DNA of 63,945 nucleotides, counting the filler, from Sphacelaria rigidula (Eukaryota), in assembly GCA_964200075.2 (NCBI GenBank). It is 3 parts of 3 records of this genome, joined end to end, with 100 filler letters (N's around TTAATTAATTAA, not from the genome) between each part and the next. Parts side by side here need not be neighbours in the genome. Positions count along the whole stretch, not along the records: positions 21,360 to 42,612 come from CAXNAA020000446.1; 2 more parts are not named here. One strand, 5' to 3'. The notes under the pieces are model-generated. The model ran no database searches, had not been told where the DNA came from, and saw nothing but the letters and a program-made list of their open reading frames with translations. A program made the position numbers and the translations under genes. Shown here piece by piece: positions 23,129 through 35,808 of the stretch (within the stretch, counting starts at the first letter, position 1; every line of letters begins with the position of its first letter).

Positions 23129-26100
23129 GTCTTGCAGGAGCGTGAAGAGAAAGCTGTGCAGGAGGCGTTGGCGCGTAGGGAGACGCAAAAGAAGCTGGGC
23201 AACGTGGTCACTACCGCTAAGGCCGCGGTGTGGGGCACCGTGGAAGGCGTGAGTGTGCTGTATGTGTGTCGACAAGGCATACCACGATAGGGGCGGGGGG
23301 GTGCTTGATGCCACTTAAAAAAGGGCTCACGGGTGTGTCGGACTATCTAACACACTCGCGGTGCACTTGCATGTGGGTAAATGTGGTGTCAAGCAGTAGG
23401 GATGAGCGTTATTCACTGGTAACAAGTGCATCCGAACAACCGTTGCTGCTTTCAAGGACGATTTGGAGTGAAATTTTGTGGAAGAAATGACCCTGAATAC
23501 CCACCGCTCCCCGCTATCGTGGCATGACTCGTACTGTCATTATCCAGGGTATTTATGTCATACTCCAATGTGCATGTGTATGTCCACGTGTGCAGCCTCC
23601 CTTTAGATTTGATCCCTTGAGCCATGACGATTCGTTTTTTAGTTTCATTTAGTTGTATTTTCCCCCATATATCTCAGTCCATGGACCACCGAAAACTTCA
23701 TTGACTCAAAATTTGCGGGGCAGGGGGGGGGGTTATCTCAAATCCAAGTATTTAGGCCGTGCTAGATTTTGCCACATTTCTGAAGGCGAAGATAGTTCAT
23801 GTGCTCGAAGAGAAGTTCAATCACCGTTGTCACTTAACCAGAGGCCTCGAATCGCTTTGGACACTTGACACCTGAGCATAACGCAATGATACTTGTAGAT
23901 TGTTTATTGTTATCGCAACTTGTCTTCAGCCATGTCATGTACTTACTAACTCTGCTAAGCGATGTCTAGGCCTTTCCCAGGGAGGACCATTCCAATCCGT
24001 GATATATGGCGAGCACGTTTTTGTCGTATGGCACAAACATGTTTGAAATTTGACAGCCAATAAAACAGGGGGTATACAGGTGGCGTCACTACTCGAGAAA
24101 CTCTGATTCGAGGCGAGCCTAAAATCTTACTCTTATCGCCGAGCAAAGCATAAATTCTTACAGCCAGTTTCTTACTCTTCGCACACGTGCAATGATGAAT
24201 TTCTTAAAGGTCAATTTTTTGGGTCGGGGGGGGGGGTTAGAGAGGGATGGGGCATCCTTGCGTCGAGGGGCTGATGGGTCTGGGACCAATTTCTTATATC
24301 CCAAGGTAGCAGTGTCGATGACGGAAGATTTCTTATCCGCCGAGCCTCTTGCATCTTTCACTTTCTCACCCTTATTTTCGCTCCGATCTGAATTTCTTAG
24401 CATCAATTTCCTAGAATCTGAAAAATCTGAGCCTCGATTTCTCAACAGGTTATTTCTTAAGTGCTGTCGCCACCTGTATGACGCAAATATGAAAACGCAA
24501 ACTTTGTGATCCATGACGCAAACATGCCCCCCTCCCCCTCCGTGCCTCATCCGGCGAAAACCCGGCGTGCTCCGTTCCAGCTTTTGTAGGGACGGATACC
24601 CTATGGGGTTGACGTCGGTTGGCAAAGACGCCGTAAAACACGTCACTCACTGCGTAAGCTAGGCAACCAGGTTACCATTTTTTTCGCGCGCTTGCGCTTT
24701 TTTCTGCGGTAACTATGATGGTGGTCGAGCTAGATCATTTTGTGCAGGGTGCGTCGTGATGGTCATATTGCGCAGTGTTTAAATGCTGAGACATCTATGA
24801 GGCAGTGTGTAAGCTGTGGCTGTCTCTGGAAGTGGCGATACCAAAAAATGAAGGAACTCATCGGAGGCTGTCATCCAAATGCAAGATAATCAATACGCTT
24901 CAGGCCAAACAATCTTTGCAGGATGCAGCTCACCCTTCATGCGACTCGCCGAACACGCCACGGCGCTTCGCGCTTGGTGATTGATTGCCCGGCGAAAATC
25001 CGGCGTAGTCCGTCCCGGATTTGTAGGGGTGCGAGGTCAATGGTCATATGACTGTGGCATGCAAGATCATGAGTACCCCCCCGCCCCCTCCCTCCGCCCC
25101 AACGCTCGTTATTTTTGTGCATGGCAACATTAGGGGGAGACACTGGCTGCCGGGGGGGCCCCGGCCCCCGCCGCTGTGGAAAGTGGACTTGGTCGCGCTC
25201 AAGATGCGTTTAAACAGGCGGGAGATCTCGCGGAGAGTATCCCGCGCACCGTGAAAAAGATTCCTGTAGAGGTATTGTGGTCATGATCCATTGTTGTTGT
25301 TGTGATCGTTGTTGTTGTTGTTGTTGTTGTTATTATTATTATTGTTTCTCACATTAGCCACTTCCAGAAATCCAGCGTCGTGGTCACAAAACCGTGGCAC
25401 AAGAAGACAGCATACAAGAAGGGAAGGAATAGACAGATAATACGCCCACGAACTGGAAACATACACGGATGCCTGGCAGGGTGGCGTTCTACTGTACCTG
25501 AGTATCTATGCATATTTCCATGTATGTATGTACCGGTATCTATAAATCGAATGCACAAAAAATATATATGTCCCAAAAAAGTGTCACAACGCCTAGCTCG
25601 CGCGGTACAGTATTTATCACGGGATTTCACAAGTTGTGGATGGATTTGTCTTTGAGGGTGGACCTTGGAAAACCTTTGTACTTTCAGGTCGTGATGTCTG
25701 GCTTCGCTTATCCTCACAAACACACCCCTCCGCAACTTGTAGAGTCCCATGTTAAGAGGGGATTTCTGAAAAATGGGAACGAAGGTTTTTGTGAAGGGCA
25801 TGGACTGGAGGTCAGCACTGTTCGGAAATAAACACGGGGTTTCCACAACTTGCGGATCGATTTTGTCTTTGGAATGCGCAGGGACCACATATCACGGCCG
25901 GACAGTGAGTACATGTGCAATTTTTTCGAAGTAGACATTATGATACTTATGAAGGTTCTCAATCCCCATCCTGAAACGAAATCCAGCCGCAATTTGCAAA
26001 ATGCCGGATGAATACTGGTAGTTTTTCCGGACAATGCTGCCGTCTTGTATGTCCACCTCTGTGTAATTCTTTTCCCCCTCCCCACCCTCCATCCCTTTCT

Positions 26101-26462
26101 CAAAATTTATTTTGAACTAACAATGAGAAAAGGCGCAACGAAAAGTGGACAGCGTGACGGCCTCTGTGACCTCCACCCAAGAAACCATCAACGGCGTGTT
26201 TTCGACGGTGAAGGGCGGTGTGGACGGTGCGACGGGGCTGGCGAAGCGCGCCGTGGCCATTGTTTCCGGCCAGGAGAAGAGGGAGAGGGAAGAGAGAGAG
26301 AGGCGGGAGAGAGAGGAGGCTAGAAAGCAGAAGGAGAGGGATGCGATTGTCATTGTGGGGGGGGAGCCGATCACGTGAGTTTCGTGTTTTATTTTTTCCC
26401 CCCAGCCTTGCTATTGCTATTATGATTATGATTATTTTTTGTTGTTGTTGTTATTATTATTT

Positions 26463-26494
<32 letters not shown>

Positions 26495-29400
26495 CTTATT
26501 TTTCGTTGGTCAAAACTGTGTTACTGGTGTAAAGTTGTGTGATTGATACGAGTGGTTTTCAGTTTTTTTTTACTATTCATTTATTTATTTCTTTTTCAGT
26601 AATACATGTGTTTATCAGGGCTCTTTACGCACACGTTGTTGTTGTTGTTGTTATTATTTTTCGTTGGTCAAAACTGTGTTACTGGTGTAAAGTTGTGTGA
26701 TTGATATGAGTGGTTTTCAGTTTTATTTTACTATTCATTTATTTATTTCTTTTTCAGTAATACATGTGTTTATCAGGGCTCTTTACGCACACGTCATATG
26801 CTCGTTATGCGGCACAAATGTTACGTCACAGCGGTGAGACGTAACGTGACGATTTTTTTTCAAACACTTCACAAATGTGACGTGACGTGACGCGACGGTA
26901 AAAAATTGTTACGTGACGTGACGTTATCATTGTTCAAGACGTCACAAATGTGACGTGACGTGACGTATTTTTATTGAGACGTCACATCGACGTATTCCGA
27001 GACGTTTCTTGTAACGTGTAACGTATTTTATATGTTACACTTTGTGACGTCTAAATGAACGTTACAAACGTCACACGCTCAAATTGTACCACAATTAGTG
27101 TGGGATTCGTGGGCACATATATGTACATACATGCATATATGATACTCGTATGATATTATTAATGGGTTCAAGAAGCGTGTGCGTACGTCATCATATTACG
27201 CACGCGATGTAAGCGTATGTTCAGCGCCACAGCATGCACCGCCGCACCACACTCAACCATGGAACACGTGACTACCGGCAAACGTACAAGCGAATATCGA
27301 AAATCCGACAGTACGAGTTTCGAATTTCAAATTTCAACTTTTCAACTTCGGTAGCACAGACGGGGCGGGAGCGACGTGTAACGCAACAAGTAACAAGCGA
27401 TGAGATACCGTAACGATGAGCGCGGCCTTTGGTTCCCCTTCAGAGTATGGCACGGCAGAGATAAGAGGGTGCTACAGGAGAGGGTAGTGCAGCAGCGGGG
27501 GCTACTGGACCACAGGGGGCCGCAGCGCAGGGGGGAGCTGAGCCTCTGGTCGCTCTGCGTCGTCACGTGCCGCGCCTGCATGTGGCCCCTCTGTTTCCTC
27601 ACTACATCCTCTGCATCTGGGCGATCGAGGTCTTCGGGTGATCCATCAGCATCTGCCGAGAGCCCCAACACGGTCGAAGTGTAACATTTTATTTTACGTC
27701 ACACGTCACAAACGTAACTTTTTTTTTACGTTACACGTCACAATAAACGTTTCAAGATACGTTACTGTGACTTGAGTAATCCAACAACGTCGTACATAGC
27801 GTTAGTTTGCCCTCAATACGGTCGAAGTGTACCGTTTTTTTTCATGTCACACATCACAAACGTCACGTTTGTTTTTACGCTACACGTCACAATAAATGTT
27901 TCAAGATACATTACTGTGACGTGACGTGACGTGCCGTGCCGTGCCGTTATAAAGTTTTGACGTGACGTGACGTGACATATTATTTTTGAGACGTCACATT
28001 TGTGACGTAACGTGTAACGTGTAACATAAAGAGCCCTGGTTTTATGGGACTGACATCAGTAGTTTTTCCATTATTTTTTCTCGTGTGGGGCAAGGGCGGT
28101 CGAAGTGGTTCGGCACACAACGTCTGTAGAGTTCTGCATTCAACAGCAGACAGCTATGTGGACCTCTCCCATCACGAGCACATCGATGACAGGTCAAGAT
28201 ATTCATGCATTAATCCTCAGCTGTTGATTGTACCGAAGAACAGGTTCTAAGCCTCTCTCCCATGGAGTGGGAAAACTAACCCCACGCACCACCATGGAGA
28301 AAGAACACCCACATAGTCCACCGATCGGACCCGCAGACCCGCGATCGATCAACCAGCGGTAAACGCCCACTATGCATTATTCCGCCTACATTTGTGTCCC
28401 TAAACCAGGTAACGATGGTAGCTAGAGTCTACAGCACCCCCAAAGCTCGCTTACTACCGATAAGTAGTCAAACTAAAGCTTGACAAACTCAGACATCATT
28501 GCAAGGGCAGGTCGAGTAGGGGATGGCTTTTAAAAAATACCGAGTATTGAGTATACTCTACTCGACCTGCCCTTGCATAATTGTCGCCTTGTACTACCGT
28601 CATCTTCCACATAGAACAGCAATCCCTGCCGCTGTTTCCGATGGCAGCTTCACACAAACTTGCCCAATTTCTGAACAACTTGCAAGATATCCTCAAAACT
28701 CGTCCATCATGAACACGCAATCACGCTACCTGCACTAATCCGAGTTGTGGAGCGGTAGCTAACGCCAGATTCACGAATACTTGCCCAGAACAAGTCTCAT
28801 GACTTCGCATCGGCAAAGAAGAACGCAAACGTCAGTGAACGGCAACTTCCAAAATACTCGTGACTTATCGTCTTTCTCATCTGAGACAAGGTGCCGTCCA
28901 GCATGCAAATTGTACTTTGTGCGTTCAACATCTGCGCAACGGAGTGCGACCAAACGAGATGAGTATTCAGCACGTCTAAGACGCACATGGCCTCTTGCTT
29001 GTTCCATTCCGTGGAGACGTAAGCGCCGCACACCTCTCCTTCGTGCAAGCTTCGGAGCTTTAAAAGCTTCATCTTGCCAATCAATCATGCGATGAAAAGA
29101 TGGTCATGACTCAAACCCGCGGTTCAAGCCATGCATACCAACCGAACAACGGCGAACGGGCCTCGACCTCCGCCATCATTGGTCACCCCTAGTGATCTTA
29201 TTTTCGAACTCGAACTATCGAGCATACCGCAGAAAACACTCAGATAATCTCACTCGGTTCCTTGACCGTCATATCCTCTTCGTGTGTCAATCTCAAGGTA
29301 GAAATACTATGCGAATTAATGTTTCAACACGCTTACACCCCACCTGCATTGCTCCTTCCGAACAAATGGACACACTATCCACATGCTCCTTCCTGACAGA

Positions 29401-32400
29401 AGTGAAACGCCATCCACGTGCTTGTCCAAACACGTGACAATCCGTCAATAAAACGTGCTACCGTCAAAGATCATTGACGCATGCGCGCACCTTGTCTTCA
29501 TCTCCAACCACTGGAAACAGTAGCGTTACATCTGCTCACAAAAGAGCTACGCGTTTCGTAGTTTCTACTCATGCCAACAGCAGTAATCGCCATCTCATAC
29601 AGCCAGCATGTGCAAAGCGCACAAGCATAATTCCTTTGTGTTCCCGCGCGATCAAGATTATACGAGCTTCACATCATTCAGCACACAGCAGTATATTGAA
29701 AACTGCCTCTATCTGACTCTTCACCAGACAACGTGCACATCAGTAAGATTCGAGCGAAAAATTCAAACATCCATGCTAAGATTTCACTCAGCACATGCAA
29801 TGGCCACCTTCTTCGCAGAAACCATCATGTATCATGCGTGCTAGCTGGAGCAACACAACACACAGGTACCAAAATTGTCGCGTGTACGCCGGCAAGTTCC
29901 CCAGCAAACGCAGGACGATCAATACTTGCTCCACCGTCATGGTTCATGAGCAAACAACCGCACAGAGATAACTACAAACCACAACACGACAACCCACAAT
30001 CGTCCACAGGACGATTCAGGAATGCCAGCCATGATGTTTTTCTTTATCCTCAACAAGCACTCAATCACACAACCACTTCCTCCTCAACATCACCCAACCC
30101 GGCGCTCATGAAAGCAGCAGATATTTCAGGTACTGCCTTCCTTGTAGTCCTCCAATCCGCTCCTGAGAAACAGCAGCGCTCAAACCACAACCTCCTGCAC
30201 ACCATGGAGCAACATTTCCTCGCGAACTCTCGCTCCTCGCACCATCAGTCGAGCTACACGTGGCACCACCATGTGGCTGCTCAGCGCGCCACCAAACGGC
30301 ATATTCGCCTCGCCAGACCAATGCGAAAATTCCTCTGCTTCCGCAGATACTTGCGCATCACAGATTTTTTTTTGTTCAGTCCAATTTACAGAGGAAACGA
30401 GAGGTGAAGCGGGAACAGCCACACAATCCCGCACAGCAACACATCCCGACGACGTCACATCATCCTCCTCAGCCACCTGATGGTACAACGGCGGAAACAT
30501 CCTGATCATCGCCGCCATACGCGCCAAACATATCCATGCAGGCAGCAGCGCATACGACCGCCCCAATACCACGCAACGTTAGACGTCGCCGTAAGAATTG
30601 TGATTGCTAATGGCATTACGAGCCTGAAGCTCGCTCTGCCCCCGCGGTTCACGCGAGTCATACTCGCTTGCTGCTTCGAGCATGCACGGCGTGTCCTCAG
30701 CTACTCGCCGGTCTGGCGGCAACTCCGCCAACCCGGCATCCACCTCTCCTTCAAGCAGACATCCCTGCAGTGTTTTTCATTTTCAATGCTATGGGGGCGG
30801 TGTTTTTGAAGGTTAGGCGTGAAGAAAATTCGCACCTCTGCTCGTGATGACGACGAAACTTGGAGGGTTTGTTGATTGGTACAAGAGCAAGGTGTCACAG
30901 TCGCTCGTGCATCTGCAGAAGGTGGTGAGGGGCCGATCTGCCCTGAAACGGTGGATACCAGGCTCAACAGTTTTTGTTTTTATTCAGCACTTCCTGTCTG
31001 ATGACGCTTATACTGAGTACGGCATCGGTCGGGCTCGCAGGCCGGAACGGATCCCACCCGTGTCATCGTCGATCTTTGCCCAGAGAGGAATGAAAGCTCA
31101 TGGAAATCCAGCAAAGAAGCAGCATCTAGGTTACCTCATATACACGAGGGTCGGAGTCTGAAGATTCCCGTTCCAAAAAGCTCGACATGTCAATGTTAAG
31201 CTTCTTTCGCACGACCACTGCGTTCTGCCATGAACCCTTTTCAGCGTACCCGACAAGGGGACAATATACCCGTTCAGAAAACAGCAATGCTAGCGTATCT
31301 CAAGTGCCGACAGTCTGGAAGCCGGCAAGGTGGTTATAGTAGTGTCATTTTTGCTAAATCAACTTTCAGTGCGCTGGGGAGGAGATTGCGCGTGAATTTT
31401 TGGCGATTGCCCCATTTGCACTTCGCCCATATATTGCGGATTTTTTGACGATTTAAACGCGTCAAATTATAAGTGAAATGGACTACGCCCTAGGCAAAGA
31501 CTTCGACAGACAGTCAGTACGCACACAATGTTCAAAAGTGTACCGTGCACAGTATGGAATCGATTGCCTTCGGTAATCTGTGGAATATTGTACTCGTACC
31601 CGTAGTCGGCAACTGCACGCTACATAAATACACCAGCGGGCAAAAATCTCAAGGCTAGGCAGCTATGTGGATCCCTTCCATCATGGGCTCGTAGACTTTA
31701 GCAGCTTCAGTCATTCATGTATTAACTCGCAGTTTTTCATTGTACCGGAGAACACATTTAAAGCCTCTCTCCCATGGAGTGGGAAAACCAACCCTACGCA
31801 CACACCATGGAGATGAAACACTCACAGAGTCCAACGATCAGACGAGCAGATCCGCAATCGATCAACCGGCGGTAAACGCCCACTATGCATTATTCCGCTT
31901 ACATTCATGTCCCTGACCTAGGTAACATTGGTTGATGGAATCCACACGTGTCAGGGTTTTACGCATGCAAATAGTGCGCCTCTCGCACAAACTACGCTGT
32001 GACCACGACCACTGGCACGACACTGTGAATTGAACCGTGGTTTGTTTCATTACTTCCTTGCCTACCTACCTACCGACCTACCTACCGACCTACCTACCGT
32101 CTCCGCTATCCTTTATTGTGTTAACTGGTACCCCGGTGGTGTAAATACAAATGGTCCAACGGACACCATTAGGGATAAGGGTGGAAAGAAACAAGGCGGG
32201 GTTCGATTCCTGCCAGATGTTTCTTTTTCGTTTTTTTTCTCATATTTTTTTCTTCTGATTTCAGTCGTGTAAAGAAAGCATGAGGACGTGCGTGAGTAGA
32301 CGGAAAATAGTTGACTGAGTTTGCTCGACGAGGGTTAACGTGGTGCAGGAGAGTTCGGCCATGATCCAATCCGCGACATCAAAATGCAAGGGGTGTGTTG

Positions 32401-34243
32401 GGGGAGAGGTAAACGGGTTAATCTCTTGAGACCACGGACTCGTCCTGAGGGAGGGGAGGCGTTAAAAAAGTGCAGCGAAGACAAGACCAAATGGTGTTAG
32501 TTTCAATTGAGTGAATTTATGGGGCTTCCTCGTCAAGTGTTACTAATTCTTTTCACCGCTTCACTTTTTTGTGCGACTGGGTCCACAGTGCTCAGGATCT
32601 AGCGGCGGGAGCCGGGAAGCTTGTTGCAGGGACGGCGAAGGGTGCGGTTGGTGTGGGCAAAACTGTCGTGACGCTAGCCTGGGGTGCCAAGGATGCGCCG
32701 GCTGAGGCAAGTTGCCCGTCAGAAACCGCTTTCCATTATGATAGCAATAGCAATAATCATGGAATAATGATGATGACAATAGTAGTAGTAGTAGTAGTAG
32801 TAGTAATAGTAGTAGTAGTAGTAGTAGTAGTAATAGTAGTAGTAGTAGTAGTAGTAGTAGGAGTAATAATAATAGTTCGTAGATCAAAATTCAAATGAAT
32901 AACAATCTTGGCAGCAATATCATTGATATTAATGATTATAATCATAATAATAGAAAATGTAATAATAAAATATAGTAACAATACTAATATGAATGTTCAT
33001 AGTACTAACAGTACTAGTGATGATAAAAATAGTGTTTCTCACGTTCAGTTTTTTGTGGGGGGTGTATTTTCCACTTTTTGGACATTTGACACGGTTCTTG
33101 GCCCCCAAGCAGGAAATGTCGCTATCACACGTCTTGGACACTTTGCATCACCGCACCGAGAGGAGTCTAGCCCTCTTTTCCGATTCGATTGGCTCTGTGG
33201 CTTCGAGAATGGCCTCTGGACAAAAGCGTGGCTGGAAATAAATAAATGTGGTGTCTGCCTGTATTTTGACGTGGAAATACCTGCAGACACCGCATGTTTT
33301 TGTCCAACCGTATTTTTGTTCAGAGGCCGTTCTCCTATCCCATCCGCAATACCAAAGTGTGAGGCGTGTACTGGGAAATGGATTAGTTGATTCCTTGAGA
33401 TAATGGAATCTCATCCCGAGGAAGGGAGGGGGGGTTTGCAGCATGCCGGGAACAGAATATCCTACAGGAATCATGGGGACCCAGCCACACTTGTAAGATT
33501 CATGCATTTATTTGTACAGCACAGTACAGTACCCGAAGGTACTGTAGTTTTTTTTTTTTTTGTATTCTCATACATGAACCAGCACCAAACGTACATATCT
33601 TCGTTTTTCCTTTCTGCCCCGGCAGGTTACTGTAAGGAAGCGTCCTCTGTTTCCGTTCCTCACAGGCCCGTGGACACGACTGCGGTTATACTGTGAGCAT
33701 GTCGTTCCAGTGCTACCCCGATATCACTCTCACGTCCCCGGTGCGCGTGCTCTGTTCGCGCCCCTTGTCCCCCCGTCGCTTGGAATATGACCCGTATAGA
33801 TTACGCGCAAGGTGCTGGGTCCCGTGTACAACTTCCAGCAGTCCAGACGAAGGATACGAGAGGCCCTCGCCAAGGAGGGCTCCTCCTCTCCTTCAGCATC
33901 GTCGTCATCGACGGCGCTTCTTGAAGAAGCTCCTTCCGCTTCTTCCTCTTCTTCGGTAATTTCAAGCAGCGGAGCGACTTCGACGGAAACTTCGACGACG
34001 GCGACGACTGCAGCCGAAACTTCGAGTTCGGTCCCGGCGGGAAATGGATCATCCGACCGTCCGAAGGCGATCTCCGGAGAAAGCTCTGCCGACGACGTGA
34101 CCCTCACCGCGGAAGACGTTCCGAGTCCCGCAGATGGACCAGGCAGATATGCGGAGAAAAAGACGAAGGGTTCTCCAACGTCTTCGGGCAAGGGGCCCGG
34201 CCCGAGCAGATGGAGCAAGTCGAGGCTCGAGAAGAAGACGTGA
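21931..34243 (+). CDS. Spliced host gene, 5'-incomplete: join(21931-22121, 23138-23248, 26133-26374, 32589-32706, 33800-34243), ~367 aa. Ala/Gly/Val/Thr/Lys-rich amphipathic repeats, charged coiled coils and a Ser-rich tail; function unknown
   Basis: Five GC-rich coding-like blocks, each with an AG acceptor. Donors are GTGGGA, GTGAGT, GTGAGT and GCAAGT. Phases (0, 0, 2, 0) join with no stop until TGA at 34241-34243. The first recovered exon starts mid-codon, so upstream exon(s) are missing. Confidence 0.85.
22095..22632 (+). repeat. Five copies of a ~52-bp exon-end/splice-donor unit separated by (AGT)n/(AGC)n tracts
   Basis: gcggagcgga...tcgagcaacaggtgggaggttt..catgttcagat-like units start at 22095, 22227, 22329, 22428 and ~22581. 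Confidence 0.88.
22838..23029. mobile_element. hAT-type MITE, 192 bp, in intron
   Basis: TIRs CAGGGCTCTTTACG / CGTGAAGAGCCCTG. Perfect 8-bp TSD ATATTTTC at 22830-22837 and 23030-23037. 8-bp TSDs and CAGGG ends are typical of hAT. Confidence 0.93.
23048..23128. repeat. (CTG)n(TTG)n microsatellite abutting the exon B acceptor
   Basis: Read directly. Confidence 0.95.
23138..23248 (+). CDS. Host gene exon B: EREEKAVQEALARRETQKKLGNVVTTAKAAVWGTVEG
   Basis: cttgcag| acceptor, |GTGAGT donor at 23249, 111 nt, phase 0-0. Confidence 0.88.
26133..26374 (+). CDS. Host gene exon C: AQRKVDSVTASV...KGGVDGATGLAKRAV...EREERERREREE...GGEPI
   Basis: Branch-like ACTAAC at ~26116-26121, aag| acceptor, AC|GTGAGT donor at 26375 (phase 2). 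Overlaps track ORF 26145..26378. Confidence 0.85.
26774..28038. mobile_element. Non-autonomous hAT-type DNA transposon, 1265 bp, same TIR family as 22838-23029
   Basis: TIRs CAGGGCTCTTTA / TAAAGAGCCCTG. Dense subterminal GTGAC/GTCAC/GTAAC repeats at both ends. Imperfect TSD (gtgtttat vs gttttat). Left end and flank tandemly duplicated (~26470-26635 / 26636-26792). Confidence 0.85.
28125..31946 (-). mobile_element. Non-autonomous LTR element (type A-related LTRs) inside intron 3 of the host gene
   Basis: 3' LTR at 28125-28433 (TGTAGAG...GTCTACA, then PPT complement gcaccccc). Truncated 5' LTR at ~31648-31946. Flanks cgtc / cgtg (4-bp TSD, one mismatch). 30070-30770 is homologous to 1-690. Confidence 0.8.
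32589..32706 (+). CDS. Host gene exon D: AQDLAAGAGKLVAGTAKGAVGVGKTVVTLAWGAKDAPAE
   Basis: cacag|T acceptor completes the phase-2 codon AC-T. GAG|GCAAGT non-canonical GC donor at 32707. Confidence 0.8.
32779..32876. repeat. (AGT)n microsatellite in intron 4
   Basis: Read directly; explains the poly-L, poly-V and poly-T track ORFs. Confidence 0.95.
33800..34243 (+). CDS. Host gene terminal exon E: ITRKVLGPVYNFQQSRRRIREALAKE plus Ser/Thr-rich tail
   Basis: tag|ATT acceptor in phase 0, in frame with track ORF 33812..34243, TGA stop, AATAAA at 34320. Confidence 0.8.
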   Translation: MTRKVLGPVYNFQQSRRRIREALAKEGSSSPSASSSSTALLEEAPSASSSSSVISSSGATSTETSTTATTAAETSSSVPAGNGSSDRPKAISGESSADDVTLTAEDVPSPADGPGRYAEKKTKGSPTSSGKGPGPSRWSKSRLEKKT

Positions 34244-35808
34244 AAATTCCTCCTGTCAGCTAGTTTTGGGTTCTGTATGTAGGGTATATACCGCCTGAAA
34301 TTAGTGGATGTGCAACAGTAATAAAGGAGGTATTTTATTGGCGAATGCGCTTCCGGATCATACCGGAGTGTTCATATCAGGGCTCGATACCCTGCCGACC
34401 CATATCGGAACGTTCGGAACGGTCTACACATTCCGGTATGGTTTAGTATACCAACCAGAAATCCCCCGCTTCGGGGAACGATAACCCACAAAACACAAAC
34501 TCGCATTTTTTCTGTCAATTTTGTGTTCGTCTACTTTTGAAGAATGATATATATATATATATATATGTATATGGAGCGGCGTGTGGGTCGGAGGTGCCGG
34601 GAAATTACTGTTCATTCCACCATGTGATTTGCTTGCCCATGTTTTTCTGCGCAGGATATGCCCGGGGCAGTCAAAAGTTACGGCACGGTTGTACCCTTTC
34701 CTCAATCCCCCCCCCCCCCCCCCCCCCAGAATGGTCCGTGACACTCTTCCATGCTGTCAGAGTACCGGTGGTGTTTCTGGTGTGTACAAAAAACCAGTGT
34801 ATGCCTGATCCGAACAACCAGTAGGATACTTTCTACATTTACGCCGTTGTTGTAGCAGCCCGAGGAGGTGAGGGGGGGGAGGGGTGGAAGGGGGGAAATT
34901 TAGGCCACGAGGATCCTGACGTGTTCGGAGTCTGCTGCAACAGTACAGTTTCTCGCGCCAGTATACAACTGTCTACTATTAATAGACGACAGGTGCATAG
35001 TTTTTTTTTTTGGAACATACAAAAGCACTCAAAATATCACCATTTTCTCGCCGAGAGTACGAAAAGGGTGCCTACCTACCTGTTTCATTTCGGGTAGGGA
35101 GAGCTGCAGAAGAATGAATGGAGGGTCTTCGCCAGAGATTGCAGCCGCAGCATAAGAATAGTATCGTCCATGTGCGGATCGGTTGATCGCGGGTTCAGTT
35201 GGTAACGTGGAGCGTCAACATGACTGTAAGTAATTTCGTTTTGCGAATAGCTACTACTGTGCTTTGCGTTGAGCATATCTCTCTGTTTTTTTGTCTACTC
35301 ATCTGTCTATCACGGGTGGCCACTGGGGTGCCTGCAACCTCAAGTTCTGACGTTACAGACCTTGTGCAAGGTCTGTAACGTCCAAATTTGAGGTTGCAGG
35401 CAACCCAGTGGCCATCGGTGATCTATCTACATCTATTTGTACATATATATATATATACATACATGAAACGCACGGGACAGCACGTACGGGACGGCACGTA
35501 CAGGACGGTATCAAACATTGCGGCACCTCGTTATCGTGCGGTGTCACGCAATAACAAGCGAGCGATATTTGCTCCGTACTCCTCGGTCACTATGTTCGCG
35601 GGAGGTACCATGGAGCTGTCGCCAAGGAAGCAGACAAACTGTCACAATCTCGACGACACCCTACGGACAACAACATATGGTCAGTAGATGCAATAGAATA
35701 ATGTACTGGATTCAGTATAAGCCTGTGGGATGTGGCATGTTTTGACCATATCCTGTTATTGTCCACGGGGTGTGCTCTCGGCGTACGAGGTCCGCGCAGC
35801 CATAGCCA

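Noticed and set aside
21897-23314. Poly-L, poly-T, poly-Q and poly-C ORFs here and at 25281-25655, 26218-26532, 32561-32981 and 42260-42668
   Set aside because: Translations of trinucleotide microsatellites.
23500-26100. Possible DNA-transposon remnants or extra exons in intron 2 (ORFs 24158..24646 and 25349..25888)
   Set aside because: No recognisable domain, TIR pair or TSD, and exons B and C already join in phase without them.
34378-34470. CAGGGCTC as the left end of another hAT element
   Set aside because: No matching right TIR or TSD found.
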